Source: Dimargaris cristalligena (Eukaryota). From it: DNA of 64,000 nt. The notes under the pieces were generated by a model. The model saw nothing but the letters and a program-made list of their open reading frames with translations. It was not told the DNA's origin and made no database searches. Below, one piece after another: positions 60,347-64,000 of this stretch. Location of the stretch: positions 1 to 64,000 of the forward strand of contig ML002214.1 of the NCBI GenBank assembly GCA_003614675.1. The letters run 5' to 3'. Numbering within the stretch: position 1 is the first letter of the stretch; each line of letters opens with the position of its first letter. The position numbers and the translations under genes were made by a program.

Positions 60347-61394
60347 AGCGGTGATGTTAGATAGCGGAGGAGATCAAGCTCAAACTAATTAAAGCGGCGT
60401 GATTGGGAGGTGTGGTGGCAATGTAATCGGAAAAATAGACTTGAAATAAAAGTAATGGACGATATCTCAGGTGGGGAGGGGATAGTTTGAATACTGAGGT
60501 GGGGTGACGACCATTTATAAAGTTGGAAAAACGATACCCACTCGACTGGGAGGGATAATGATGCGACCTACCAACTGGGATGGAGCATTATGCTGTGGTC
60601 GGTTTGTCTCTCAGTATCTTCAAAAGTATGAGCGAGTTACTCCAAAGTATTACCCTTATGGGCCTACCAATTAACTTGGGAGTACATGTCGCACTGTGGC
60701 TTGCATTATGGCTCCGCATGTTGGATATTTTCTTATTCACTTGTTCAATTGCTTATCTCTCGTTGCTGGAGCTTCCCCTTTCTACAGCGGCAGTTGACCT
60801 TCAAACCATATAAAGGTTATACTGCCCTTGCGAGAGAGTGTTCCATTGTATGGCAGAAATCACAGGGGGGCCTGGTATCACTCACCTCAATATATTTTTG
60901 GCCGAAAGTCCTATTTTCTTAAAAAAATCATCGACCATAAATACCTATTTATATTAATATTGATTGATTGCGTCTCTAATATAAAAGTCGGGAATAAGAC
61001 AAACGGAAAACCGGGAGGCAACGGCTGGGGTTATCTAGGGTTCACAGGGAATAGGGAAATGTCTAGGGGACTGGGGAAGCGGTCTACACAAAATAATGGA
61101 GCCAAGTTGCACGAACTCGAAGAGTGGCCCCCCAAGGGAAAGCAAACTATGCTGGTAATGAGATATCTACTTCATTAAGCCAATTCTCCATTTTACGGCT
61201 TAGTTGAATATTTACCCTATTTTCGAGACTTTAGGGGACAAAGGCAGTTGACTCCTATTAAAAAGGAATAAACGATACTAAAAAAAAAGTACCCTTAAAA
61301 TTTATAGCTCCTATAGCGTTACATTCAAATCTTAATCCAAGGTATACCAATATGTAATGGTTTGGAGGGTTGGTATCCTTTAATACGGAAAAGT

Positions 61395-63357
61395 CGATTT
61401 ATTTATTAATATTTTATAAAAAAACAGTTGCTTAATGAAGACCCCTATGAGTCATTCGCAGGCTTACATAGTAGTTGTACACTTGTGTGATTCACCATGT
61501 GGGATAAAACGACTAATGAACGTGGTTGTAGATATGCGTGTGCTTTCGTCGCAAAATTAATTGCGGTTCGACACCGCTGGGCCAGATAGGCTTTTGTGAT
61601 GATACCCGGTTGCCTGCCCCAACCTTGACCGATGTAATCAAATCGGTAATGGTGGTGGTGGTGCCTTGGGGCCGGTTATCAAATGTATGTTGGCTAGATG
61701 GTGTTAGCTCTTAGGAGCTGGCTCTTTTCAGGAATTGGGTCTGCAGTGGGCTTTCGCTGCACGGAGGATTTGATTTTACCGCCCAAGTTCTTCGCAGCGG
61801 TGACGAATTTGCTGCCAAGATTCTTTGCACCAGTCAAGGCAGTACTTGCCGCGTTTTTCACCGAAGCCCTGGTGGCAGGACTGGGCTGTGGCAGGGGCGA
61901 GGCCGTAACGAAGATGGCACCGATCAGAGCGACGGAGATGAAAAGTTGGGCGAGCTTAACCATAGTGAAAGGAGTAAGGGGGATGAAATTGAGATGTAGG
62001 ATAAAAGGGCAATGTATGACAGGGATGGTGCGGATGAAGTGGTATGGATAGAATGGGAGTTGCTATTGATATTGATTAGAAAGAAGGCGCTCTGCCTGGG
62101 GTATTTATATAATTTCCCAGCAGCCGGTCACCCAGCGTCCTCTTTGCCTCGTTCAACATTTCCTACCACTGGGTATCCTCCAAACGATCCCTGTGGATTC
62201 CTCCCAAAGTACCGTAGGTTAACAATCGCCTATAAACCACCAGCATCTCTACTACCCCTGCTCTAGGAATGTAACAAAGGGCTGGTTGATATTACAATGA
62301 TCTATGGTCGGTTCACAGTTGTCTATAGTCAGAGGGGTTGCCGAATGCACCTTTCCTCGACTGCCTCGTCTTTCTGGCCCCACGACTTTGTGGACGGTCA
62401 GCATAGTTTGACTCCCCACAAGCAGTCGATATTGTTCATCAATATGACCAACCGCTGAATATGGCTTGATCTCCGTAGTATAATGGGGTGTAGGATTCAA
62501 GATTGGAGTCAAACTGCTGGTGTATTCTTCACATCATTGTTCGTCAAGGAGATCCTTAGATATTGTGCCGATTATATTATCTCTCCCACTGCTCTGCCTT
62601 ACGGGCCGATCACTCCCTTTCCCTTCATTTCCCCTCCCTTCATTTCCCCTCCCTTCCTTTCATTTCACCCATCGCCTCTCTTCATATTTGAGTGATGGGA
62701 TCTCCCGTCCATATCTCTGTAATAGTTCAATATCTCATTCCTTTGGCTTAAGAACTGGATTGCCGTGATTACCTGTTCACTATATTTTCATCATAATCGA
62801 CCAGCCAACGCTCTGATCGACACTTTATATAAATTAAATGTAGGCTTATCCACCTTGCCTCTTTAGATATTATACTATCGATATCGCCCGCCTACCCCAA
62901 CTTCACCAAGCTATAACGAAATGCCGATGGGTGTTCTCGTTAGTTTACCCCCCTCCGTTTCCATATCACCAATATGACCTTACCGTGTGTCTGTCATACC
63001 ATATGTGATTTTGGCCAGAATGGCACTGTAGAATTGTAGGCATAGTATATGACTCTAGGTTGAGCGAGCTTAAACCAAATACATTTACTTATAATATAAA
63101 AATATGTTATACTGACAGTGCAATACTAAGTGTCCCATAGAATTGACTAAAGTATGGTCATCATTTCTGAAGCCTTCAAACCTAGTAGGATGGCTGTGCC
63201 GGGGGGTCTAACTGGTTGATACCTGCCAGCTGTTACAATTTACTAACTGTACCACTACAGAGTAGGGGTGGAGGTGTCTCTCTAAGCTAGTAGTAGCCAG
63301 TGCACTTCCAAACCATTACAATGTTGCTATTTTCCTATTATATTGGTTATGACCAAG
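61395..63357 (+). repeat. Segmental duplication copy B (paralog of ~10920-13500)
   Basis: Colinear similarity to copy A; lacks both MITEs and the ~370-bp insert. Confidence 0.9.
61694..61963 (-). CDS. Small secreted cationic peptide precursor B (89 aa; two 11-mer repeats plus C-terminal tail)
   Basis: MVKLAQLFISVALIGAIFVTA, SP-LP-QP-SP, then TGAKNLGSKFV TAAKNLGGKIK; paralog of 11713-11994. Confidence 0.85.
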   Translation of the reverse strand: MVKLAQLFISVALIGAIFVTASPLPQPSPATRASVKNAASTALTGAKNLGSKFVTAAKNLGGKIKSSVQRKPTADPIPEKSQLLRANTI

Positions 63358-64000
63358 TCCTGTTATTCTACAATATACCTACCCCAAATATACAGCTTCA
63401 AATGATTGCACCAAATAACTGAGGAATTGGACATATTCGGGGTCAAGATATCTTCCTCCAATGGTTTAACTGCATAGTATTTGAAATTACTCATGGAACA
63501 GAATATAGAAGAAGTCCAGTATAGCTGTGAGAATACTATTGTTAGGAATTGGCCTTGTCAACTGGACTTGGAGGTATGGATAGAGGACATCCCCCTCTCC
63601 TTCAGTGCAGTCGATAAGATCTGGGTTAAGTCGGGCCTTATAAACAAGAGGGTCATTGAAGAATCCCGACAGGATTTCTAACTTGGGCTATTATCTAGGA
63701 GGTAGTGTAGCAAGTTCCCAATATCCTGGAACTGATATACTTTGCTTATTATTCCATGGCCTAACCAATCATGCATTATTGACAGTAGTTGTCACAATTT
63801 TACATTTGCCAATGTGTGTTTCTCGTTTGCTATCAGGCACCTTTTATTAACCTTTATTTTTGTTTTTTAATGGATGGCTAATAAACTATTGAAAACACCA
63901 GGGGCACGAATAAAAACGATTACTTGTGGGGTCGTATTTGGGGGCTATAGCTAATATTGAATATATCCCCCCTATTATTGGCACTTAATTGAACACCAGT

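Noticed and set aside
1-64000. CRISPR arrays, rRNA, tRNA, transposase/RT ORFs, Sec-UGA/SECIS recoding
   Set aside because: None seen; all recognised genes close with standard splicing and the standard code.

Overview
Gene-dense eukaryotic (fungal) genomic DNA with short GT-AG introns (GTAAGT donors, CTAAC branch points). Protein style and intron layout suggest an early-diverging fungus, possibly Zoopagomycota or Dimargaris-like; this is inference and cannot be proven from the window. Most of the window is housekeeping genes: DBP7, a SART1/SNU66 C-terminal half, SAM50, eEF1-gamma (with intronic snR38), MMS19, CWC22, an ArAE/FUSC-type membrane protein, SNF2/STH1, an LRR protein, RRP3, SMP3, CNB1, RIA1/EFL1, RPB10, mitochondrial ACP and HOT/ADHFE1. 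AT-richer islands between them carry intronless orphan secreted genes. The most striking is a signal-peptide protein ending in a tandem Kruppel-linked C2H2/C2HC zinc-finger pair (59624-60346), a candidate secreted transcription-factor effector. Two paralogous secreted cationic peptides built of 11-residue amphipathic repeats sit in a ~2-2.5 kb segmental duplication 50 kb apart, and a third small secreted precursor has a KR site. Also present are a 138-bp MITE family (3 copies, one with a visible empty site) and an unassigned ~500-nt highly base-paired ncRNA candidate divergent from MMS19.
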